64,000 nt of DNA from Thermoplasmata archaeon (GTDB lineage Archaea > Thermoplasmatota > Thermoplasmata > GCA-020350865), in NCBI GenBank assembly GCA_020348445.1, contig CP070751.1, positions 2,149,186-2,213,185 on the forward strand. Direction: 5' to 3'. The notes under the pieces were generated by a model. That model saw only the letters and a list, made by a program, of their open reading frames with translations. It did no database searches and was not told where the DNA came from. Shown here one piece after another: positions 28,401 to 36,900 of the stretch. The position numbers were made by a program, and so were the translations under genes. Every line of letters starts with the position of its first letter. The stretch's first letter is position 1.

Positions 28401-30662
28401 TCCGTCCACATAAAGCTCTGCGTATCCTGGTCCAGGATAAGCCGAGTTGTCCTGGTCGTCATCTTCAAAGTCAACATAAACAGTATAAACACCGCTTAGA
28501 GCCTCGCCAGCACTGGGTTGCATGATTGCCACTGATAGAAGGTCATCCCAGTTATCGAATGTGTACGTCTCGTAACCCGAACTTTCGCCTGCTCCGTTTA
28601 TTGCCCTGGCCCTTAGCTGATGGTACCCGTCATCATAATTCTTGGTATTAAGATTGTAGGAGTACTCGTCGGGATTCCCAGTGGGTGCCATATCGTTGAC
28701 ATACTCCCCGTCCACGTAAAGCTCCACCCTGTCCGCGTTTAAAGCCGTGACAATGACATTTTGCGTACCTGAGATTATTCCTGCTGGTGGGGCGTTGATC
28801 ACAACTCCTGTGGGAGGTGCAGTGGATGTGGGATTGACTATGGCAATCGTGATTGTACGCCACATGGTAACACCATCATTGTCCTGAGCCACTATTCTGA
28901 GGTTGTATATCCCGTTATCATATTTTGTGGTGTCCCAAGTTGTCTCAAATATGTAGCTTCCTGCTTGTCTCTGGGATAGGGAGGTCCATGTTGTCTCTCC
29001 CTCGATCTGGAAGCCCACGAAATTTATATCATCACCTATTGCGGGATCCTCATCATCTGCGTCTATTCTGAAGTTGTACTCGTTCCCGCTTACCGTGCTT
29101 CCATCCACAGGTGATACAAGGCGAACCCAGGCACACCCTGTCTGAAGGTAAGCCCATCCTGGAGCTATGTACAGGTCGCTTGCTGTTTCCTGGGTCTGTA
29201 TCTTATCGACATTAACTGTTCTATCCCAATAGAAGTTTTGCTCACCTGCTGGCATGTTAAAATCATAGAATCTTATGAGCATTCCAATTAAGTCATGGTT
29301 AGTAAGCCAAAGGTCGTAAACACCGTTCACAAGCTCTGCTGAGCCAGGTAGGTAAGGCACCAAAAACTCGAACTCATATCTGTCATCCTCTATTCCTGTT
29401 GGGTTGTAGTAAAGAGCATCGGCATTGCCGTCATCGGTGGCATCTGCTATCGGTGTAGTGCTGTCATCTTCCCAATCCTCGTCTGTTTGAGCATCGAACC
29501 AGCCTTCAGTGTATATACCTTGGCTTGTCACCTGCTCGTAATGCTCCCATTCGGGACCAAGGGGTCCTACATCTGCACCGCAAAGAACCCCGTTTCTTGA
29601 TCCAAAGGGTCCAGCACCACTTCCCTCCTCAAAATACAATCTCGTATAGTCATTGGGGTGGTTGTCATCATCGTAAATTATCATTCCGATATAGATGTAG
29701 CCCACAGGGCCAATCAAGTCAGGATCTTGACAGATAAATATTGTTGAATTAAGTGTGGTCCCTCTGAAATTGGACAATGTGATATCTCTTTGATAACAGT
29801 CAGACCAACCAAAATCGTTTGTAATATCACCATCAATGGTGGGTGCGGTCTCTGTATAGGTTGCATAGAAAGAGCGCTCCTTTGTCATCACACCCAGTTT
29901 CAGGTCTGCATAGTTGTTAACATCAGTTGGATCTGAACCTGTCAAATCCCAGTAATACCATTCGCCTGTACCTGGTTCATACAATTCTATGAAAAATCCG
30001 ATCTCGTCATCTCGGACCACGTTCAAATCGGAACCGGAGCCCCCTGTATCCTCCTTTCCATCCAAAGGAATTCGCCATTCCCATCTTAGATAACTTGCAC
30101 CCCAACCTATGCCGATATTTGCGTCTATTACCGCATCCGGATCATCAACCCATGAACCCCCATTCCAATAACGATCCCACATATTGCTACTCCTATCAGA
30201 TCTGAGCATGTTCTCATTTCCATTTGATAGGGTATCATCATGAGGACCATCGTACCTGCCTGCCTGATTACCCTCCTCAAAATAAAGACGGACCTCGTTG
30301 GATGCACCTGTATTTGAAGCCTGATAAACGACACCTATATAGAGAAAATTATCATCGTTTTGGATAAACAAATTACATCTAAGATAATCAGGGTCTGCTA
30401 CCTCAAAATCGTACATAGTAATCTGTCTTACATATGCGTCGTCCCATTCGGTGGCATCTGCAGGTCCTGATATCCAGGTATCCAAAGTAATGTCCGTAAA
30501 TGCTGTAGGATTGTAGTAGCTGTACAACTGCAGGGGATCTCCTGTATCATCCACTATGTGCCCTTTTGCTTGGGGCATGGTCCATTCTACAACAGCTAAT
30601 CCCGCAAAAACCATCCATATTACCAGCGCACTTGCTATTATCCTATTTAAATATTTTTTCAT
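22449..30662 (-). CDS. Giant (2737 aa) surface protein: DOMON/CBM9-like N-terminus, about 20 Ig-like repeats, lamin-tail domain, C-terminal TM anchor
   Basis: Signal peptide; about 20 units of DN..P...I..P..G..(I/V).G...DT....DG.H; LTD motif VIISEVMY...EWIELYNP; TM LAGIGFLFLLFFIVLLFVLL followed by a charged tail. Confidence 0.88.
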   Translation of the reverse strand: MKKYLNRIIASALVIWMVFAGLAVVEWTMPQAKGHIVDDTGDPLQLYSYYNPTAFTDITLDTWISGPADATEWDDAYVRQITMYDFEVADPDYLRCNLFIQNDDNFLYIGVVYQASNTGASNEVRLYFEEGNQAGRYDGPHDDTLSNGNENMLRSDRSSNMWDRYWNGGSWVDDPDAVIDANIGIGWGASYLRWEWRIPLDGKEDTGGSGSDLNVVRDDEIGFFIELYEPGTGEWYYWDLTGSDPTDVNNYADLKLGVMTKERSFYATYTETAPTIDGDITNDFGWSDCYQRDITLSNFRGTTLNSTIFICQDPDLIGPVGYIYIGMIIYDDDNHPNDYTRLYFEEGSGAGPFGSRNGVLCGADVGPLGPEWEHYEQVTSQGIYTEGWFDAQTDEDWEDDSTTPIADATDDGNADALYYNPTGIEDDRYEFEFLVPYLPGSAELVNGVYDLWLTNHDLIGMLIRFYDFNMPAGEQNFYWDRTVNVDKIQTQETASDLYIAPGWAYLQTGCAWVRLVSPVDGSTVSGNEYNFRIDADDEDPAIGDDINFVGFQIEGETTWTSLSQRQAGSYIFETTWDTTKYDNGIYNLRIVAQDNDGVTMWRTITIAIVNPTSTAPPTGVVINAPPAGIISGTQNVIVTALNADRVELYVDGEYVNDMAPTGNPDEYSYNLNTKNYDDGYHQLRARAINGAGESSGYETYTFDNWDDLLSVAIMQPSAGEALSGVYTVYVDFEDDDQDNSAYPGPGYAELYVDGVLAVVEYTEVEWPVDNWGYEITLDTVWFQDGSHTIKTLIYDPEGNSLADTVLVNFVNEPTLQIMQPASGEVISGTTYPLTVKVTDPNGDPIVDDINNPQFRVDYGMWYDMANTLSIGYVIISEVMYEHPVATAEWIELYNPTASVVNLAGLTLSDDAGAFFVFPGGATIPAYGIVVVAINAVSYESVYGYPPDYDAGLGAERLDDTGDFVEFAAATDSVYWEDVIPGWSIYASPTRTIQRNPYIDSDLESDWLSDVSTVTPGVAAPVFYTATFDTSTLSDGPHVVEFQATDATGAVATGSVNVIVDNILLDSIVILDPAPGENIKNMYTVSVDPYPESEAHYAELYVDDTFAAFDGVLDGSGNFEFSLLTTGYSDGAHNLKVMVYDLYDNSIVNTTSILIQNEPSLYIVQPKAGEVIRGIYEMNVSAVDTDGILDDESPRPRYRVDGGTTWYDLDLISGTSNYVSDSGQFDTTMLTEGTHTIDFEVMDNGPYGITTIVSVDVIVDNSRPTGFVVLPSSDQYIEDTYTFSIMANDNLDVDYVEITFDNVGGSDIWNLGTKRATYNSFTGYYELTVVTTQYTDGVARVDIDIYDRAGNVNDPASPIILDYYIDNSEPILTITSPSDDEYVSDTTSYINATATDGAYTPIVEYKVDTGSWNLMGGGPALWSSIWDTTGYRAGEHTITVRARDTLNHISQQTVNVIVDNNNPICSILSPVWGQFIEGTLTVKVHASDTVGIDHVDITIFGSTVTATYNSGTGYYEYVESTSAHVDGIYDLSATAYDFSGRTITDGPVTFKIDNNEPQLTINQPLYGEYVSDICPVIVDANDTFLEKVEYKIDNTNWVLMLPISSWVGYWDTTNYADGEHTLTVRVTDNASHKVEQSIILIVDNNDPTLTIRAPIPDEYIGETYTFQVATMDAVGVDYIEITVFGMTTTMSYNPLTGYYEYTANTFTETDGSYDVSMTVYDLSGKSTSVGPRNFYVDNNAPQLVINNPVDGEYIEGNYDVSVTSTDTFISAVEYKVDTTQWVAMTGPEPTWTEVWNTILYTDGEHTLTIRAHDAAGHTTEQSVDVIIDNNDPAITINTPIGGQYVEGVFTFQIAADDSPQVEHIGIDYVEITVFGSTQLATYNAQTGYYEYTASTYTITDGPYDVSATAYDLSGKSAVAQPVNFNVDNNAPNLVVNHPQNGEFIEGNYTINVTATDTFILSVEYRIDMTNWIAMNPNVDGYWEAEWNTNLEVDGGHRISIMAIDHAGRTTEQYVDIFVDNNDPTCTIVSPAPDQYVEGTFIFQIAAIDGVGIDYVEISVYGMLVNASYNMQTGYFEFPLDTRLEAEDNVRNVSAWAYDLSGKMVSDGPVSFKVDNHAPVLKIIYPENGDYISGEIFVNISAQDAFIGPQEYSIDDKGWEPIVVPWNTSATIDGWHTLSIRVFDMIGHLTQQTINVYVDNTPPKCSIISPVEDQFIEKIYTFEISATDYVGVDYVNIEVFGLTMELPYNSETGYYEYSIDTRTVDDGVYVINATAFDDSGKWTDAEAISFCVDNTPPDLTINSPSNGEYVSDEIIIDVLVSDTFDYTVKYTVDDSGWVPIEDPFNTTLVSDNEHLITVQAVDEAGHITERGVTVIVDNIAPELVILEPNNGTHVSDELLVSVYAGGGVRRVTMSIDDNAEVEMVTVGINAPYETTIDTLELEDGLHTIYVNSIDFTGQESNRETTVFVDNTGPSIMLVNPAPFATKASHIKFIVNVSDDTGIAGVYINIDSTTWRAMIYDNYTGNYTFSWFTTEDDNRAYYYEIKTVDTLGNEQMFRTKVNVDNPQSLWRAFQENLAGIGFLFLLFFIVLLFVLLKVGKLQAWYREEKKPPKPPKEGKGGGRFRSRLSRKNKVKGGESEAKVAETEDFGGEEDSKLHYPPPPPPEEDGKSLMESINDIEIGDDEGVPKKGPSIPSPEAKPTIAEEVEAANIEDSNVHKDSGTTKSYGKKKKLWKKRKGN

Positions 30663-30862
30663 ATTCGGGCCTCCTTCCCCCTAACAGGGGTTTTATAAAT
30701 CTGCGAAAAAGAATTCGATGTTTACATATATACGTTATTTCATAAATATGTACATTTGATAATTTTGGCAAATAAGGCAAAACATGTTTAAAATGTTAAA
30801 TTAAGCACTAATTTATGATAAATACTTGATACCGTATTTAAATTCCAATAATTATATTAAAA

Positions 30863-31687
30863 ATGAACCAGATTTTAATGGATATAAAATTCCCCAAATG
30901 CTTAAATACGCAAATACTAATCCAAAGGTCGGTTCTGGCAATGAATGGCTCCGCATGGATGATTTACATCATCCTTTTTGCAGTTGCATTTCTTCCTTCC
31001 ATAGCCTATATAATTTGGATAAGGAACACTGAAAGATATGAACGTGAACCCTGGAGTGTAATAGCTAAAACTTTTGTTTGGGGTGCTGTTTTTGGGGTGA
31101 TTCTAGGCATTCTCTTCTCTGTAATTTTGATTGTACTATTCAATATAGCCCTGCCCGACAGGTTGTACGATGCCATCTCAGAGAACGAGAGCTATTCCAC
31201 ACTGTTTTTGGTCTGTATAATCGCTCCTTTGGCCGAGGAGGCTGCAAAAGGCATCGGCGTAAGATCAGCGGGAAATGAACTGGACGAGGTTGAGGACGGT
31301 CTAATATACGGCGCTTCTGTGGGGCTGGGATTTGCTGCCACTGAGAATGTGCTCTATGGATATTTGGCACTGCAACAAGGCTACGATGTTTTTATAGCCA
31401 CTATGATCGTAAGAAGTATTTCAAGCGCACTCTTGCACGCAAGTGCAACATCTGCAACAGGCTACGGTATTGGCAAGAAGAAGATACTGGGAAAAGGACA
31501 TTACATCCTGCCATACTACTTTTTAGCTGTGCTGATGCACAGTACTTTCAACCTCTTTGCATCCATGCAATCACTATTGGGCCTAATGCTTGCCATCATG
31601 TTTGCAATCGCCGCAATCGAATTCACTAGGCATAAGATTCAACAGTTGGATGAATACCATTTGGTCCGGGGGGGTTGGGGAGGATAA
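30863..31687 (+). CDS. prsW: PrsW-family intramembrane metalloprotease
   Basis: EREP, APLAEEAAKG, GLGFAATEN, LLHA, LMHSTFN; multiple TM helices; the true start may be downstream (MNGSAW). Confidence 0.85.
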   Translation: MNQILMDIKFPKCLNTQILIQRSVLAMNGSAWMIYIILFAVAFLPSIAYIIWIRNTERYEREPWSVIAKTFVWGAVFGVILGILFSVILIVLFNIALPDRLYDAISENESYSTLFLVCIIAPLAEEAAKGIGVRSAGNELDEVEDGLIYGASVGLGFAATENVLYGYLALQQGYDVFIATMIVRSISSALLHASATSATGYGIGKKKILGKGHYILPYYFLAVLMHSTFNLFASMQSLLGLMLAIMFAIAAIEFTRHKIQQLDEYHLVRGGWGG

Positions 31688-31750
31688 TTCGAATTCCGCG
31701 ATCGTGATGATTATTATGCCAAAGATAGAATTTCAAAGGAGACACCTTTC

Positions 31751-32704
31751 ATGGGAAAAATGGCTGTGATTGCAGTTGGAGGAAATGCCATCTTGGAGGC
31801 CGATGAAACCGGCTCTGCAGAGGCCCAGCTTGAGAATATTCGAATAACGTGCAGTCATATCGCAAACATGATAAAAAAAGATTTTACTGTGGTTATAACC
31901 CACGGGAATGGCCCCCAGGTTGGCAACATTCTTCTCAGAAACGACATAGCAGAGGGCATAGCACCTGTAATGCCAATGGATGTGTGTGTTGCAGAATCAC
32001 AGGGCCAGATAGGATACATGATACAACAGACTCTGCTGAATGAGCTCAAAAAAATTGGGATCAAGGCAAGGGTTACATCCCTTATCACCCAGGTCGTGGT
32101 GGACCCAAACGATGATGCTTTTGAGAATCCAACAAAACCAATAGGCCCCTACTATCCAGAAAGCGAGGCTGAGCGATTGGCTAGAAAAAAAGGATGGACC
32201 ATGATGGAGGATGTGGCTAGACAGGGATTTAGGAGGGTGGTCCCTTCCCCAGAGCCCAAAGAAATTGTCGAGTGCGAGACAATAAAGAGACTGGTTCAGG
32301 GAGAAGATGATAGAAACATAATAATTGCCGCAGGTGGAGGCGGTGTTCCCGTTATTAAAACAGAACAGGGATTAATAGGTGCCGAGGCAGTTGTTGATAA
32401 GGATTTTGCATCTTCAGTGTTGGCAACCAGTATCAACGCCGATATGCTTATCATGCTAACAGATGTTCCGTGCGTGGCAATTAATTTTGGAAAGTCCCAG
32501 CAGGAATATCTGAGCCATATGACAGTTGCAGAAGCTACAAAGTACCTGAAAGAAGGGCATTTTCCTCCTGGTAGTATGGGCCCAAAGATAGTGTCTGCCA
32601 TCAATTTTCTGGAAAACGGTGGTAATGAGGTAATTATAACAACACCAGAGAACCTGGAAGAGGCGATGGATCAAAAGAAGGGAACGAGAATGGTTCTTGG
32701 CTGA
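31751..32704 (+). CDS. arcC: Carbamate kinase
   Basis: VIAVGGNA, THGNGPQVG, F.NPTKPIGP, RRVVPSPEP, AGGGGVPV, EAVVDKD, GSMGPK. Confidence 0.95.
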   Translation: MGKMAVIAVGGNAILEADETGSAEAQLENIRITCSHIANMIKKDFTVVITHGNGPQVGNILLRNDIAEGIAPVMPMDVCVAESQGQIGYMIQQTLLNELKKIGIKARVTSLITQVVVDPNDDAFENPTKPIGPYYPESEAERLARKKGWTMMEDVARQGFRRVVPSPEPKEIVECETIKRLVQGEDDRNIIIAAGGGGVPVIKTEQGLIGAEAVVDKDFASSVLATSINADMLIMLTDVPCVAINFGKSQQEYLSHMTVAEATKYLKEGHFPPGSMGPKIVSAINFLENGGNEVIITTPENLEEAMDQKKGTRMVLG

Positions 32705-33809
32705 TAGTATGGTTACAATTGAGGATCAGATCAAGGAAATCGAGGAGGAGATCAGAGACACTCCCTACAACAAGTCAACCCAGCATCATATAGGAAAACT
32801 GAAGGCAAAGCTCGCCAAACTCCAGGATGAGCTGGACAAACGTAAGGCCAAGAAAGGCGAGGCAAAGGGTTACGCAGTCAAAAAATCCGGTCATGCCACC
32901 GTGGCCCTTGTTGGATTGCCCAGCGTGGGTAAAAGTACACTTTTAAATCTCTTAACCAACGCTGAGAGTGAGGTGGCATCTTATTTTTTCACCACCCTGG
33001 AGGTGATTCCAGGTGTGATGAGTTACAAGGGAGCAAAGATCCAAATTCTGGATTTACCTGGCCTTGTGGAAGGTGCATCTAAGGGCAAGGGAAGAGGAAG
33101 GGAAGTTCTTTCGGTTGTAAGATCCGCGGATCTTATTCTTTTAATGGTTGATGTTTTCGCCTGCGATGTTAATCTTCTTGTGGAGGAGCTTAGAAAGGGA
33201 GGTATTAGACTGAACAAACATCCTCCTGATATAACAATAAAAAGAAAGGACAAAGGTGGTGTTTCCATCAGCTCCACAGTTAAGCTCACCAAATTGGACA
33301 AAGAAACCATAGCCGCAATTTTCAGAGAATACGGTTACATAAATGCGGATATCCTATTAAGAGAGGATATAAGCGAGGACAGGTTAATCGACTCCATGGC
33401 AGGAAACAGGGTCTACACTTCGGCCTTAGTTGTATTGAACAAGATAGATCTGGTATCAAAAAAGGAACTGGAAGGAATAAAGAAGACTATGGGAGATATG
33501 CCCATATCCATCATATCTGCCAAGGATGGCGTAGGTCTGGACGCACTAAGAAAGAACATATACGAGATGTTGGATTTTATAAGAATCTACATGAAGCCAC
33601 AGAGAAAGAAGGTGGATTTGAATGAGCCTTTGGTGATCAAGAGGAAGTCCTCGGTGGGGGATGTATGTGATATTATACATAGAACATTTCGCAAGCGCTT
33701 TAGGTATGCGAACATCTGGGGCAAAAGTGCAAAATTCCCTGGACAAACCGTGGGTATGAGGCATATTCTTAAAGATGGTGATGTTATCACTATTGTGGTT
33801 ACAAAGTAA
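32697..33809 (+). CDS. DRG/Obg-family GTPase with TGS domain
   Basis: TPYNKSTQHHIGKLKAKLA, GLPSVGKST, DLPG, NKID, WGKSAKFPGQ.VG..H.L.DGD. Confidence 0.95.
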   Translation: MADSMVTIEDQIKEIEEEIRDTPYNKSTQHHIGKLKAKLAKLQDELDKRKAKKGEAKGYAVKKSGHATVALVGLPSVGKSTLLNLLTNAESEVASYFFTTLEVIPGVMSYKGAKIQILDLPGLVEGASKGKGRGREVLSVVRSADLILLMVDVFACDVNLLVEELRKGGIRLNKHPPDITIKRKDKGGVSISSTVKLTKLDKETIAAIFREYGYINADILLREDISEDRLIDSMAGNRVYTSALVVLNKIDLVSKKELEGIKKTMGDMPISIISAKDGVGLDALRKNIYEMLDFIRIYMKPQRKKVDLNEPLVIKRKSSVGDVCDIIHRTFRKRFRYANIWGKSAKFPGQTVGMRHILKDGDVITIVVTK

Positions 33810-33959
33810 TGAACCATAAGATGGAAAGGAGAAAACGGATGTTGAGCATAAGGGGGAATAAAACGGGTATTATCCTGCAAAATCGCAATCTCAGATTCTC
33901 GACATTTATAAATAGCATTACTCATATACATTTATAAACTATGCTAAGGGGGAAATTAA

Positions 33960-36900
33960 TTGTTCGTAAGAAGAATCATATCCCTTGTATTATTAATAAC
34001 AATGCTTTTTAGCCCGACCACTGCTTTTATGGGGGAACTTCTTCTGGATGAATCAAAGAACCTTACTATTACCGATAATAATCCCCCAGATCAGGGAGAA
34101 ATTGTTGATTTAAGAGGAACTCGTGCCGAGAGCAACAACATCAATATGGTAAGCAAGATGCTGTTTGGACCTTCAACTGATGTACATGTCGTGGGAAATT
34201 ATGCTTACGTGACTGCGGGATGCAGCCTTCTGATTTTCGATGTTACAGATCCAGGTGATCCAACCCTTGAGGGATTCTATGATGCCGATTCTGCGATAAA
34301 CGGGATTTTTGTGGAGGGTAATTACGCCTATCTTGCTAACAGCTATTCAGGATTGAACATTGTGGATCTGAATGATCCTTCTTCACCTACCAGTGTTAAA
34401 ACTGTTTTCATCTATGGATCAGCTATTGATGTGTATCTCTCAGGAACTTATGCTTATGTGGCCCAAAGTTATATAATCAGCGGCTTTCGTGGGATTTCGG
34501 TTGTGAATGTACAAATTCCCCAAACAGCGGAAGTGGTGGGTACTTACGAATCAGATGGCACCCCTTACTGTTTAATGGTTTCGGGGGACTATGCATACGT
34601 GGCAAGTGAAGGTGAGGGTTTTCTGATATTGGATGTTTCCAATCCCACCGTGGATCCCACCTTTGTAGGATTGAACGATACCTATTCTGATCCCATGACA
34701 CCCTATACAAGAGATGTTTTTGTCCGGGAACCATATGCTTTTGTTGTTGATTACTTCAATGATTTTCATGTATTTAATATCACAGATCCATCTGATCCTC
34801 TAGGAGTGGCATTTGTTGAAACTGACGGCGATCCCATGGAACTAACACTGAACGGAGATTATGCATACATCGCAGATGGAGATGCGGGCCTTACTATAAT
34901 CGATATTTCGGTTCCAACCACCCCCGGCCCACCGATAAATCACGGTACACTTGACAGTGCATTTTCCATCTTTGTCGAGGGAACCTTCGCATATCTCGCA
35001 ATCTGGGGCTATGGATTGCAAATTGTGGATGTCTCAGGTTCCCCACCAGTACCAACCGACGAGGGAGGATGGATCACAGGTTATTATAGTGAGGATATTC
35101 ATGTGGTAGGGAATTACGCGTATATCGCTGATGAAGAAGGGGGATTGAAGATCCTAGATGTGAGTGATCCCAGTTATCCCGTTCTTCTGGGATTCCATGA
35201 AACAGGGGGTTGGTCATCTGCGGTTTTCGTTGAGGGTGACTACGCTTATCTGGCCGAAGGCTGGGACGGAATCACCGTGGTGGATGTTAACAATCCTACT
35301 TCCCCAACCTTTGCCTGGAGCTTCAACATACCCTTTGGAAATGCGGAAGGGATATTTGTTTTGGGTTCCTATGCCTATGCTGCCTATTATGATGATGGAC
35401 TAAGGATAATAAATATAAACACACAGGAGGAGGTGGGAGATGTTCCCGCCCACCATTACTCTTACAGTGTCCATGTGATCGATTATGGTGATTTTGTGTT
35501 CGCTTACGTGGGGGACAGCAGGGGACTTATAATAGCAAATGTTACAGACCCTGATAATCCTAGTGAAGAAGGATTTTTAGAGCTAACAACAAGTGGCTAT
35601 GTGGATATCTACGTTACAGGTTCATATGCCTATCTTGCGGATTCAGATGGAGGTTTGACCATAGTTGATATCACCAATTCCTCTAATCCTACCCTTGTAG
35701 ATACGTACGATCTATCTCTATCAAGAGGTGTTTATGCAAAAGGCACAACAGTTTATGTGACAAATTCGGATAGATTGGTTGCAGTGGACTCCTTAACACT
35801 TACGGAACTTGGATACTTCGAGCCAGGCTGCAATCCTGTCAAGGTGCAGGTTGTGGGGCAGTATGCCTATGTTGCAGCCATGCAGGGTGGATCATACATA
35901 TTGGATATCAGCCAGGTAATGGATACAACTCCGCCTCAAGTGGAATCTACACTACCTGAATCAGGTACAATCGATGTGTCAAGAGAAACTGATATCGAGA
36001 TAACATTTAACGAGAACTTGGATCATGGTTCTTCAGAGGACGCCTTTTTTATCTCGCCCACTGTAAACGGAGAATTTAACTGGAATGGAAACACATTGAT
36101 TTTTACACCTGAAATGGAGCTTGACCCAGAGACGGATTATACTGTAACAATCGAAGCAACCGCCATGGACACTGCAGACAACACATTGGATGGTAACAAA
36201 AATGGTAATGAGGAGGGCTCACCAACGGATGATGCATCTTTTGGATTCACAACAAGTGCTATACCTCCGACAGTTGAGACTGTATTTCCTGATGATGGCT
36301 CAACCTCGGTCATAATAAACACGCACATGAACATTACCTTCAGTAAGCCCATGGATCAGACATCAACACGAAATGCCTTCAGTTACTCAGACGGTGTATC
36401 TACATGGACCGCCACAAGCGGTGATATCACCTGGAGCGATGGGGATAGAACCATGATCTTTACGCCCGACAACTTATTAGAAAACGATAAGATGTTCAAC
36501 GTCACAGTTGCATCCACTGCCCAGGACACAGGGGGTACGCCCTTGGACGGAGATGGCGATGGAATCGGAGGAGAAGAAGGTGAAGACGATTATACCTGGT
36601 CCTTTACAACAGCTAAACCTCCACCGCAGATTCTATCAACTCAACCGAAGGATGGAGCCCTCAATCAACCTGTGGACATTACAATCATCATTAACTTCTC
36701 AAAGACCATGAACAGGATGTCAGTTGAAGATGCTTTCAATTATACGAATGGTCTCACCGTCTGGGACGCTGGGGATGGGATCGTCAGCTGGAGCGACAAC
36801 GATAAAAAGTTTTCTTTTATTGCTTCATCTGCGTTCGGATGGGGTATGAAATATGAGGTAGGGATTGCACACACTGCCATGGATATAACCGGTATCTTTT

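Noticed and set aside
33902-33938. Direct repeat ACATTTATAAA x2 upstream of the LVIVD gene as an operator
   Set aside because: Explained adequately by tandem TATA-like boxes in AT-rich promoter DNA.
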